Source of the DNA: Marsupella aquatica
Taxonomy: Eukaryota > Plantae > Marchantiophyta
DNA length: 64,000 nt
NCBI GenBank assembly: GCA_973895155.1
Contig: OZ316898.1
Span: forward strand, 870,751-934,750
Direction of reading: 5' to 3'
Shown in pieces: positions 15,301 to 24,551 of the stretch; within the stretch, counting starts at the first letter, position 1, and each line of letters starts with the position of its first letter. The position numbers were made by a program, and so were the translations under genes. The notes under the pieces were generated by a model that was not told the DNA's origin, did no database searches, and worked only from the letters and a program-made list of their open reading frames with translations.

Positions 15301-15616
15301 GAAGTTCACCATCAATAATGCTCCATTGATGACCATTTGAATCCAACACACCGAGTGAAATCAGATTCTTACGCATGCCAGGTACATACCTGACTCCGGA
15401 CACTGTGCGCACAGCGCCATCAAACATTTGAATCTTCACAAACCCAATTCCCTCAATTTGACAGGAGTGATCATTTCCCATCAGAACTGAACCGTTTGAA
15501 ATAGAGTAAGAACTGAAAAACTCACGAATGTAACAAATATGAAAAGAGCAAGCACAATCAAGAATCCACACATCATCTGCTCTCCTAGATGACGTGCACA
15601 GGGCATACCCCCGGCT
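12344..15616 (-). CDS. copia pol (protease, GAG-pre-integrase, integrase, RT, RNase H)
   Basis: Motifs WILDCACSFH, LWHSRLGH…CEHC, HSDVWGP, RSDNGGEY, QQNGVAER, YKARLVAKGF, LYVDDML, GYVDSD, STTEAEY and KHIDVRYHF. The frame is open up to the gag stop codon. Confidence 0.95.
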   Translation of the reverse strand, partial: SRGYALCTSSRRADDVWILDCACSFHICYIREFFSSYSISNGSVLMGNDHSCQIEGIGFVKIQMFDGAVRTVSGVRYVPGMRKNLISLGVLDSNGHQWSIIDGELQVRSGETVILKGSRQKNLYVLQGNTVCGEANVTKSHEEMTQLWHSRLGHMSEKGLAILRKNGLISDLQSCKLEFCEHCILGKQHRRAFGVGTHRSKAVLEYIHSDVWGPSPTPSHSGKLYYVSFIDDYSRFVWIYFMTHKSDVLSIFKKWKAQVENQTGNTIKCLDTRVKSLRSDNGGEYTSMEFEEYCSEQGITRHLTTVYTPQQNGVAERLNRTLLERSRSMLSQSGLPQEFWAEAVNTAAYLVNLSPSSAINFKTPFEMRYKRQADYHGLVIFGSDAYALTPKQNMTKLDPTSRKCVFLGYQSGVKAYRLWDPIACKLVVSRDVSFNESRLLKEGENTQVSRTDKGKSPIPDLIEGEIGYEVHDRREGVAPIMELVPVPEEPEEFVDAGEQQVDAVELQIVPAHADQPESSARRTSGRTVRAPSRYGQWVDSSQLQEDDFTADDEGDALILEEGEPSSFHEASASKEKQKWTAAMQTEMQSLKDNKTWELVKLPKGQQVVDSKWIYKLKDNSIGGGSKVYKARLVAKGFTQEKGVDYNEVFSPVAKYSTIRLLCVLVVMFGLLLDQMDVVTAFLYGTLEEVIFMRQPLGFVKRGQEELVCRLLKSLYGLKQSPRQWNKRFDDWIRSQGFHRSVFDPCVYLKPVKNVVFGFIVLVLYVDDMLIAAKDRSEIVKLKALLSAEFKMKDLGPAKRILGMEITRDLEAGKLWLTQSSYARKVIARFNMENSKPVSTPLAPHFKLSSAFCPTDDTEKGLMSKVPYDKAVGSLMYLMTCTRPDLAMAMGKVSRYMSNPGKVHWEAVKWIIRYLKGTVDHGLLFDANAKNARSLIGYVDSDYGQDLDRRRSTTGYVFTLGGGCISWRSTLQKCIAQSTTEAEYVAAAEAAKEAIWLDRLITEMGLPQGNVKLHCDSQSALHLAVNQVMDSRVKHIDVRYHFIRQAVSDNLFELVKIDGKLNPADAFTKVIPLESFSRHRDVLQVLQLYHK

Positions 15617-16084
15617 TCATAAAACATACTCATCATTGAGTAAATCAGCTTCTCCATCAGCCCTAGCCACATTTGCCGATGAAGTTTCCGCTGCCTTTCC
15701 CTTACAGTCTCGCTTGAAGTGTCCAACTTGGTTGCACTTCCAACATGTCACCTGCCTCCTCTGAGGGGATTTACCCTTGGACTTAGATCTGGATTTAGAT
15801 CTAAACTGGGTTCTACGGTCCCCAGTTGGTCGCTGCATACTCCTCCCACGGTTAACATTGAGGGCAGCACCAGATGATGAAGGCTGTGACGTGATGTGCA
15901 TCTTCTGCTGAAGATCATCACTAAGCAGAGAACTTACCACGTCATTATATGAAATGGTATCCCTATCACGATGCAACAACACTCGTGATAGGGACTGGTA
16001 AGATGGAGGCAATGAACTAAGAAGCTGCAGAGCCTTCGTCTCATCATTCAAAGTCTCCCCAAGGTTTTCCAAGTCAACGACCAT
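15617..16084 (-). CDS. copia gag, C-terminal half only (UBN2-like region and CCHC zinc knuckle)
   Basis: DLENLGETLNDETKALQLLSSLPPSY and CWKCNQVGHFKRDC; ends in TGA in frame with pol. Confidence 0.9.
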   Translation of the reverse strand: MVVDLENLGETLNDETKALQLLSSLPPSYQSLSRVLLHRDRDTISYNDVVSSLLSDDLQQKMHITSQPSSSGAALNVNRGRSMQRPTGDRRTQFRSKSRSKSKGKSPQRRQVTCWKCNQVGHFKRDCKGKAAETSSANVARADGEADLLNDEYVL

Positions 16085-16098
16085 GTCCCCTTACCAAT

Positions 16099-16519
16099 TG
16101 TTGAGCATAGACGATGATCGCAACGGCAAGCCCATGAACCATCCAACGCACAATAGTCGACACAAGAGATACGTGGTTCACCTCCTTGAGGCTACGTCCA
16201 CGGGAACACACAAGAGAGCTTTACTGAACTCTAAGCCCGTCGGCTATACCGAGTCTCCACAGTGTAAGCTCTCCCTATCTCTCAAGTGGCTCCATAACAA
16301 TGAGCCTTGGTTCTACCTCTCCAAGCACACATGCCTCTTATGATATAGTGTGCAACTTAGTTGTACCTAACCACATAGTTGTACCTAATCACGTAGTTGT
16401 ACCTAACCACATAGTTGTACCTAATCACGTAGTTGTACCTAACCACGTAGTTGTACCAACCCACGTTGTTGTACCAACCACGTCATACCTAACCTAGACG
16501 TAAGAGTAAATACCCAACA
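16099..16519 (-). repeat. 5' LTR (421 bp, seven 18-bp units)
   Basis: TG…CA termini, followed on the minus strand by AT-TGGTA, a PBS remnant. Confidence 0.95.
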
Positions 16520-16586
16520 AAGTGAAGCCTCTCAAACCCACTTCATGTCTCATCATGTGGATCTGAAAACTCATAACTATGATGTA

Positions 16587-16820
16587 AGAGCCCTATGCCT
16601 GTGCGTTGCACCGTGCAAGGAGGGTTGGCCCATAGGGAGTCGGGCCAGGGCATTTATGGGGCAACGTGAAGCACATATGTGCAGGGGTGCACATTTTCAC
16701 CATCAATGGTCAAGGAAAACAACTAATCAAATCTGACGGCTATGGATCTTTCCCGCCCTGAAGCTTTTTTGTATTGGGACGAAGGACAAAAAAGACGGGA
16801 TCACTTATTATAGTTGTAGA
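16587..16820 (-). mobile_element. Short non-autonomous Helitron
   Basis: Minus strand has an A|TCTACAACTATAATAAG 5' end and a TGCAACGCACAGGCATAGGGCTCT|T degenerate 3' end. Homologous to 40019-40354. Confidence 0.65.
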
Positions 16821-18745
16821 TGTCAAATGACAATCATTCATACTTTTTGTCATGATTTTCATTTGCATTAAAATAATATGTTCCATGACATAGAAAGAGA
16901 GATGTGCATAGAAAAGAGTATAATATGTTATGTATGATTACTAAAATGATAACATGCATGATAATTCTTTTTAATCATTCAAAAAATGTGAATAAGGTAT
17001 ATAGTTTGGTGATTTTTTATTGTTCTCTTTTCTATTCATGTTTAAAGAACGGGTAATTGAGGCTAGTAAGTTCTAATAATGACTCCCGGGCATAGGACAG
17101 AGATGGTCTTCTATTCCACAACATCATATTTGCACGATGACAAAGATGTTTTCTCCTCAAACATCTTTTACAGAATGACCTATTTTGCACAACAACATCT
17201 TCTCTGCAAAACGACATCTTATACACAATTATATATTTCTTGCATCAACATCTTCTTAGCAAACGTCATCTGTTGTGCAACCACATCTCACTGACACGGT
17301 GGTTGTACTTTATAAAAGGCATGAATAAAGGAAAAAAATGATTCCCTATGTTAAAAACACTTTATTTGATTTGTTTTATAAAATTTTGGTCATACAAGAA
17401 GTAAAGTCTGAAGCACCTGAGTGGGGCCTAGTGGCCACCTTGGCCAAGGTGGCTCGTGACCAGTGTTTTGTAGTTGACACACAGAACATATACGAGAAGT
17501 CAAATGACTCACTTGAGTGGGGTCTATCTTGTCCAAGGGTGACTTGTGACCAGCAGGTCTCAAGTTCCGCTCCAAATTTTGCTCCTATGTGTAATGCCTG
17601 GTTTGTGCTAGCGCTGTGGGCAAGTCAATGTGTTATGCAACATAGGCACTTGTGGTAGTTGTAGGAATTACATAAAAAGTACAGAAATATAAACCAGGGT
17701 TTTCCCTATATTCAAGCTAAGTGTGGAGCTTGCAAAAAGCTATTTCCCCTTTAAATGGAAAATAGTAAAATTTTCAAGCTAGTCGCAAAGTTTGCTCTAA
17801 GGCGATTTCCCCTCCAAATGGAAAAAACTAAATTGTGCACTAAACCTTGTTTTCAAAATGTGCTTACAGGACAGTGAGGGTTTTACTCCAATTGTGTTTG
17901 GAATTTCATGCAAAAGGTAAACAGGGACCACTCAAAACATATTTATGTTAAAAATGGGAGGCCCCTGAACAACAAGTAAATAATGCCGAGCAAAAAATAC
18001 ACTAATTCCAACCTCAACTTAGTTCTTGTCTACCACGTGCATAACTGACAGGCCAGGCTGGTCAAACAAGAGGCAGATATGTAGAGAGAACAGCCCTTCA
18101 TATAACACAACCATGTGGATTATAGTGGTATTGAAAATCTACCCAACCTGTTGGCACATGCCACATGGCACAGTACACAGTATATTGTTCCATTTTGATG
18201 TGCAATTACAGAATTACCAGAAAGGGCTGATCACCCTGGCTCCCTTACCCTCTCCAACTGCAGCCGAGGAATTTGGGAGCACCAAGTGAAGGCATGGAAT
18301 TGCTTGGGGACTCCAGGTTGAATTCGAATCGAGATAGAGGACACCAAATGGGTGTCTCATATGCTCATTCTCCAAATTGATATGATGGGCCAATGATGTA
18401 ATGCAGCCAAAAAGGTTGTTAGTTTGACGGTATTCTTTCTCAACTTCAACACCTGAACATCAAGTAGTGCCAAGGCACCTTTTGGAATATTGTCTGGGTC
18501 CTGGAGTCATGGGCATCGAAGACCCCACAAGCTACTGTAGATCGGGTGGACCCAAGTTCACGGTGAAGTTTCTGTATAGTATAGTATAGTATAGGTGTTT
18601 AGATTAGATAGTACTGTTGTGTGCTACATTAGCTACTTGAACGGCCTTATCTGCATCCGTGATTTCATTCATTGACAATTCATTTCAAAATACAATAATT
18701 GCAAACGAATGGAATGTGGATTGTATCCGGATGCACTACTTTTCT

Positions 18746-18851
18746 TTACGGACCCCACTAGAGGTCCCTTTCAAAATTTCTAGCACCACAGAATGTCACG
18801 TCAACAATAACCACAACAAACAAGATTCGTCAGTTTTGTGACTCAAACTTA
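18746..18851 (+). repeat. Dispersed repeat (probable TE end), copy 1
   Basis: TTACGGACCC…GAGGTCCCTT.CAAAATT…CACGTCAACAA.AACC.CAACAAACAAGA is shared with 60193-60298. Confidence 0.75.
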
Positions 18852-20965
18852 TAGTTTTCATTCGTGTTTGTGTCAATTTGGGTGTAAATTTTGGGACGCC
18901 ATGCAGTAAAAAGAAAAATAAAAACATTGAAAATGCAAAGAGCAAGACGGTCAAAATTGTCACTATGTAACCGTTTTAGTTACATTTCCAATTTTAAAAC
19001 TTAAATTCAAAGATTTATAAAAAGTATTTTTCATATAATAAATAATGACTAATAACTACCTTGATAACTTCCTTGTTAAACCGCAACTCCCGGTATGTAA
19101 GGACCTCTCGTATTGTACGGCCATTAATGCTGGGAAGAGCACATAGAAACCCAGGATCAGGGAGGAGGAATGGCTGGAATCTTGAGAGTTCATCGAATTT
19201 CATACTCAAAACTATTTACTCATTCTCAAAACAAAAATACCCAGTCGTAGATCTCATTGAAATCTTTCTTTTGCACCCTAGATCGCCTTCTAACATGGAT
19301 GAATAAGATTTCTAGAGGCATTACAAAATGGACTGCAAAGATCATAAAATCAACAAAATCGACGGCTAGGGAGGCTTGGATTTGGTTAATTTTTAATTTG
19401 AAAAATATTAACCCATTTGCAAAACGGACAGAACCCATCCATAGATCTATTTGAGATCTTTCTTTTGAGCCATAGATTGGCCACTATGATGGACGGACGA
19501 GATTTCCGGAGATAAAAAATGGAGACGACTCAGATCGACTCTTCCCCCTGATTTTATTAGCCAAGGGGTCCACGAACTAATTTTAACCAATGTTGGAGAG
19601 GTATGGGGTCATTGGTAGGGTAGGGTATATGTAAAAGCAAGTATTTCATACCTGTCCTAGTGTGTGTTGGGACATCCAATACCATGGATTCATCCCATAG
19701 GCATTGCATTGATATGTATATATTTGGGTAAAGAAAGTGATATACCAGGCCCGTGACAAAAGGGGGGTTTGGTCACATTAGGCTGAACAAAGTGGCAAAA
19801 AAACAAAAGAATGAAATAAACACAAAAGACAAAACAACTCAGTGTTCCTTCGTCTCTTTCCTCTGCCTACGTAAGCCATTATGATGTTGTCTGAATACAA
19901 ATACTATATGAAATACATTGGATTTTGTTTTGGTCTCTCTAGAACAAGGGAAACTGTATAGAAGTCCAGTATTGCAATCCAATATTGCAGTCTATATGTA
20001 TTTTTGACAAAAATATCTTGAGGGCTTTTTTTGGCCCCATCACATAGCTTATGTTCAGCCAAATACCAAGTCAAAGGTCAAAACAGGTTGGTCACAAAAT
20101 ACTCATTGACTATTCTCCTTATATATAGCAATTCATCCTCCCCGAACATGCTTCAGTTTTTGTATTGTAGTTTAGAATAAACCCATCCTAGTATTGTCTC
20201 TACAGGCCCATTCCTCGACAGTAAAATATGCATACTAGATGCAGTACTTAATTGAGATTTGTTTATATAAATGTTCACTTCAGAATTTTGGCTTCATTGG
20301 TGAGCCCCCCTCAGGTACAAATGTGGGTGCCAAAGTGTGTAGGGAAAACCTTAGCCAAGAATGAGCGTCTTAACAAACCACAAATGTTCTGTTTCCTCTC
20401 CACACTGAGGTAACCATGGAATGGAGGGAAGAGGCAAAAATTGGTGAAATATTAATTCAAACACTCAAGAATATAGGAGAAAAAACATAAAATAGATCCA
20501 CTAAACTTAGCTCTCATAGACCACAACATTTGAGAAGATGCTTGGTTGGGACTTTTGCAATCTGCAAGGACTGAGAGCACTCCCACCCGGTCACGCTAAA
20601 CCGACACGGCATCGTCAAAAGTAGCCAGCCAAATGAGACTCGGCGTTCTGGCCTTAAGACCCGCCCCGGTCACATACCCCACCGCTGCACCAAAATTCTC
20701 GCACCAAACACTCACGTAGTTCGAACCGGGCGAGCTTGAGTTCAAACCGCACATTGACTTCAAACCGCACATTGAGAAATGAGTGATTCAAAACTCGGTC
20801 ACAGTGTTGATTCAAAACACGACGACCATAAAATGTGACAGTTTGCGCGGGCTTCATGTCAGTTCTTTTGCTTGTCATCACCAAGCTTTTCAAGAGTGTC
20901 GAGCCCAAGCAATGCCATGGCCTCGCACCAAGATTGGCGTGTCAAATTTCAGAAGCAGATACAAG

Positions 20966-22256
20966 ATGAATTTGGCAGAGCTTGAAGTAGAGCAAAAATT
21001 GTGGGAAGATACGACAATCAATGGACCACTGAATCTGATGGACTGGTACAATCGGCACAGGGTATGTGTGCGTGGTGGATCAAGGCCAGGGAAATCACCG
21101 AACATTGATCGTGACTCAGAGGTAGGGCACAAACGTATATGGGATGACTATTTTCGAGTCAATCCTGTTTACATAGATGCTCACTTTAGGCGTCGATTTA
21201 CAATGAGAAGGCACTTGTTTTGGAAGATTCATAATGCTATCTGTGAACACGATGAATATTTATCCAGAAGCGAGATGCTGCTGGAAAATTGGGTCTTTCT
21301 TCAATTCAGAAGATTACTGCTGCTCTTCGCCAGCTTTCACTCGGGGTTTCTGCCGATGCCATGGACGAGAACTGTCGAATTGCAGAAACTACTGCATTGG
21401 ACTCTCTGAAGAAATTTTGTAGGGCCATACGTGAAGTGTTTGAGGCACATTATCTCAGACAACCCACCAAATCTGACTTAAAGAGACAATTCTTGATCAA
21501 TGAAGCCAGAGGATTCCCTGGAATGTTTGGCTCTTTAGATTGTATGCACTACATATGGAAAAATTGCCCTGTTGCCTGGCAAGGCCTTTTCACAACAAAG
21601 ACAGGGAGAAATCAATTGTCCTAGAAGCAGTAGCAGATCAGTCATTGTGGTTTTGGCATGCATATTTTGGACTTCCTGGATGCAACAACGACCTTAATGT
21701 ACTGGATAGATCACCCTTGGTGAACAATATGCTCAGGAGTGAAGCAAATGACTGCAAATTCAAAGTCAATGGAGTAGAGTATAGTAGATACTACCTCCTC
21801 ACAGATGGGATCTATCCAGAATGGTCAATTTTTGTTAAAACTATTGCGCTGCCACAAGGAGAGGCCAGGAAGTGGTTTGCAAAATGTCAGGAAGGAGCAA
21901 GGAAGGATCTCGAGAGAGCATTTGGAGTTCTTCAAGCGAGATTTGCAATTATTCGGAATCCTGCACAAATTCATTCTAGTGCTGTGATCAAAGACATATG
22001 CATAGCATGTGTTATTTTACATAACATGATTGTTGAGGACGAAGGAGATGAAAAGCTGCCTCAAGATTGGGACCAAAGGCCAGGGGCAGGGAGCCATGGA
22101 AGCCTACTTCCGACTTCTGACTGGAAACAATATATGGCAGCCACCCAAACAATCCATGATTCAGAGACACATTACATGCTACGAAATGATTTAGTGGAGC
22201 ACTTGTGGAATCTGAAAGGCGAAGGTCATAGATTTGATTATGTCAATCAAGTTTAG
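20966..22256 (+). pseudogene. Harbinger (HARBI1-like) DDE transposase with two 1-nt frameshifts
   Basis: Motifs FRRRFTM, RGFPGMFGSLDCMH, LEAVAD, NNDLNVL, LTDGIY, DLERAFGVLQARF and CVILHNMIVEDE are spread over three ORFs. Frame breaks occur at ~21260 and ~21590. Confidence 0.92.
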
Positions 22257-22598
22257 AAACTAGGCCAAGATAGACATGTACGAATGTGTTAAAACTTGTA
22301 TTGAAACTTGCACCATTCGTGCTCCTTCATTCAAATTGACTGCCTACAAAAGTGGCATTGTGTACAACAAAACTGTGTGACCTATCGTTTGCTACAGAAT
22401 TGGATTTTGCACTACCTCTCTAAATAAAATAAAATTCCTGCTTGTAACTTACACAATGCTGAACAAAGTCGGGGCTAGAGGTCAAAGCCAAGCTGTAAAA
22501 TTGGCAATTCCTCACAACTAAAACTATCGCAGAGTGCCTGAAAATCTCTGCTCACTGCAGAGCTTGTGTAAATACACAAAAGTGGCATTATGGATAAC

Positions 22599-23006
22599 TC
22601 AATCCTTTGGCCACTTCCACACATATCCACCATACCGTCGCCCTTCATCCGAATCCCCTTCATCTTCATTATGTTCATCCCGAGCTATTTCTCTCCTTCG
22701 TTGCTTCCTCTCGACCTTTGCTTCCCATCGCTTGTATCTTCTCTCTGCACGTTCACGTCTAGCAGCCTCCTCGGTCGAGAGTTGCTCCAAAATTGACGCC
22801 CTCCTTTGCTTCATGACCTCTTCCTCATGACTGATCCAGGATGAGGGCTGTGGAACTGCGATTGCTGGTGCAGGATTAGGTCTAGTTGGACCAGCTCCAT
22901 TACGCACTCCCTCACAAGGTTTCAATACAGGAAGTGAAAGGTTTGAATGATCGGCAACAGTCTCATCAGCAAGGCCAGGCACGGAAGATCCTCTCGCACT
23001 TTCCAT
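22599..23006 (-). CDS. Unknown 135-aa ORF inside the Harbinger element (charged, coiled-coil-like C-half)
   Basis: ATG-initiated ORF with EEAARRERAERRYKRWEAKVERKQRRRE; no recognised family. Confidence 0.35.
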   Translation of the reverse strand: MESARGSSVPGLADETVADHSNLSLPVLKPCEGVRNGAGPTRPNPAPAIAVPQPSSWISHEEEVMKQRRASILEQLSTEEAARRERAERRYKRWEAKVERKQRRREIARDEHNEDEGDSDEGRRYGGYVWKWPKD

Positions 23007-23492
23007 TGCTTGAATGCTTCCCTAAAGTCTGCAAAGTGATGGTAATGAAATAAAGCGAAGCTTGACAAGGTAGTAGATAGAGCTTTCACGAGATGAAATG
23101 AGGCAATAACAAAGTGTGAGCAAACACCTGCAGCCAAGGTCTTGTAGAGATTCTGTGAGGGTCGGGGCCAATGTTGTACGTAGGCATTTTTGTACTGTAG
23201 GAGGAGATTTCGAGAAGGTCACTGTCTCTCCTTTGTGGTCTATCGCTGGTTCACGTTTTCCAAGGGCTCTCAATGTACTCAACACGGGAGAAATGAAAGA
23301 ATGGACGCAGTGCCATTTATTACTTAAATCCGTTCATGAGAGCACACATGCTTCTCATTATTAATACATAGTAGAGGAGTCCTTTGTACAAATTAAGAAA
23401 TCTCCACTAGAAGTAAAAGATGAAACTCTGCCTCAAAAAGAAAACGAATTATCTTTTATAGACTCCAAAACTATTGCAAAACCCAATTCACA

Positions 23493-24551
23493 CTACGCCA
23501 GGTCTTCGTACACATGTGGTCTATTGGGATCAAAGCCTCCTGTACAACTTGTATCAACACCTACAAAATGAAGGTCTTCTGGAATCATTGTAGGAGGTGT
23601 GTGCATAGGTCCCATTGGCTCCTGGCCAGGCACCTCAACTGGAATTGACACCCCCACATGCGCTGGTACACTTCGAAAAGTTGTGGTTGGAGTATGTGTG
23701 GCGCCCTGAATATCTGCCGACTCCTTTTCATATGCAACCTTGAATTTCTGAAGCTCCCAAGCTCTCCATTGCTTGAATTCCTGTCTGCAATCATCATCCA
23801 CTTCTGCTGCCCTCATGGTGAACAAATTGTGAATGCTCTGATCCCGGAGTAGCTTCAAATGTTTTGAATTGGTGATTGCCATATCCCTTTGGACGTAAGC
23901 TACAATCCGAAAAGCAGACTCCTCACTCTTCAGCTTTTTGGCAGCCTTGTTGCCCATGGGTCGTCCATTGCTGCTAAAGTCCCCAGCAACACTATTATGA
24001 CAATCATTTGGGTTAATGATTTTTGTAGGCGAATAGGGGGTGGGGGGTACATTCTCCTTGTCTGTAGGTGATGCCTTCCCCTTATCTGCTACAGAGCCCT
24101 TTCCTTTCGCCTTCTTGCCCTTTCGTTTATCTGCCATGTCTTCTATAGAATGGGAGAAACGTGGGCAATCTTTCAACAAGTACCAGCAGTCCATGAAAGC
24201 AAAATCCTCCCCCTTCGGATGCTGCGCCTGATAATGCTCTCGTGCCTTCTGCAAAGTATCCTCCTGATTGGAACCAGAAAGCCTCAGATCTTCTACATTG
24301 GCATACGAACCTGAAAACTTTGCAATGTCATGCTTCAAATCTCCCCATTTGCTCTTGAGTGATCTTGAGCCTCTCTCTTGGGTAGCTCTCGGCCTGTGTT
24401 GATTGTAGTGGCCAGCGACACGATCCCAAAAAGCTTGATTTTTTTGCCCTGCACCCACAATAGGATCCTGTCCTATGTTCACCCACGACATACACAATTG
24501 TTTCAACTCTGCAGACAAAATTTTTTGCCCGCACACACTGTTCGTTGCCAT
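23493..24551 (-). CDS. Harbinger ORF1 Myb/SANT-like DNA-binding protein (NAM-associated type)
   Basis: First ATG is at 24551 (the track start at 24800 is TTG). Motifs LCMSWVNIGQDPIVGAGQKNQAFWDRV…RSLKSKW, FAFMDCWYLLKDCPRF and RPMGNKAAKK. Confidence 0.9.
   Translation of the reverse strand: MATNSVCGQKILSAELKQLCMSWVNIGQDPIVGAGQKNQAFWDRVAGHYNQHRPRATQERGSRSLKSKWGDLKHDIAKFSGSYANVEDLRLSGSNQEDTLQKAREHYQAQHPKGEDFAFMDCWYLLKDCPRFSHSIEDMADKRKGKKAKGKGSVADKGKASPTDKENVPPTPYSPTKIINPNDCHNSVAGDFSSNGRPMGNKAAKKLKSEESAFRIVAYVQRDMAITNSKHLKLLRDQSIHNLFTMRAAEVDDDCRQEFKQWRAWELQKFKVAYEKESADIQGATHTPTTTFRSVPAHVGVSIPVEVPGQEPMGPMHTPPTMIPEDLHFVGVDTSCTGGFDPNRPHVYEDLA

Larger units (their letters stand above)
11714..16519 (-). 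mobile_element. Ty1/copia LTR retrotransposon (Tnt1/Tork-like), young, 5' internally deleted
   Basis: TG…CA LTRs at 11714-12152 and 16099-16519. TSD AAGTG at 11709-11713 and 16520-16524. PPT (AGGGGAAGAT on minus) abuts the 3' LTR. Domain order is gag-PR-INT-RT-RH. Confidence 0.97.
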
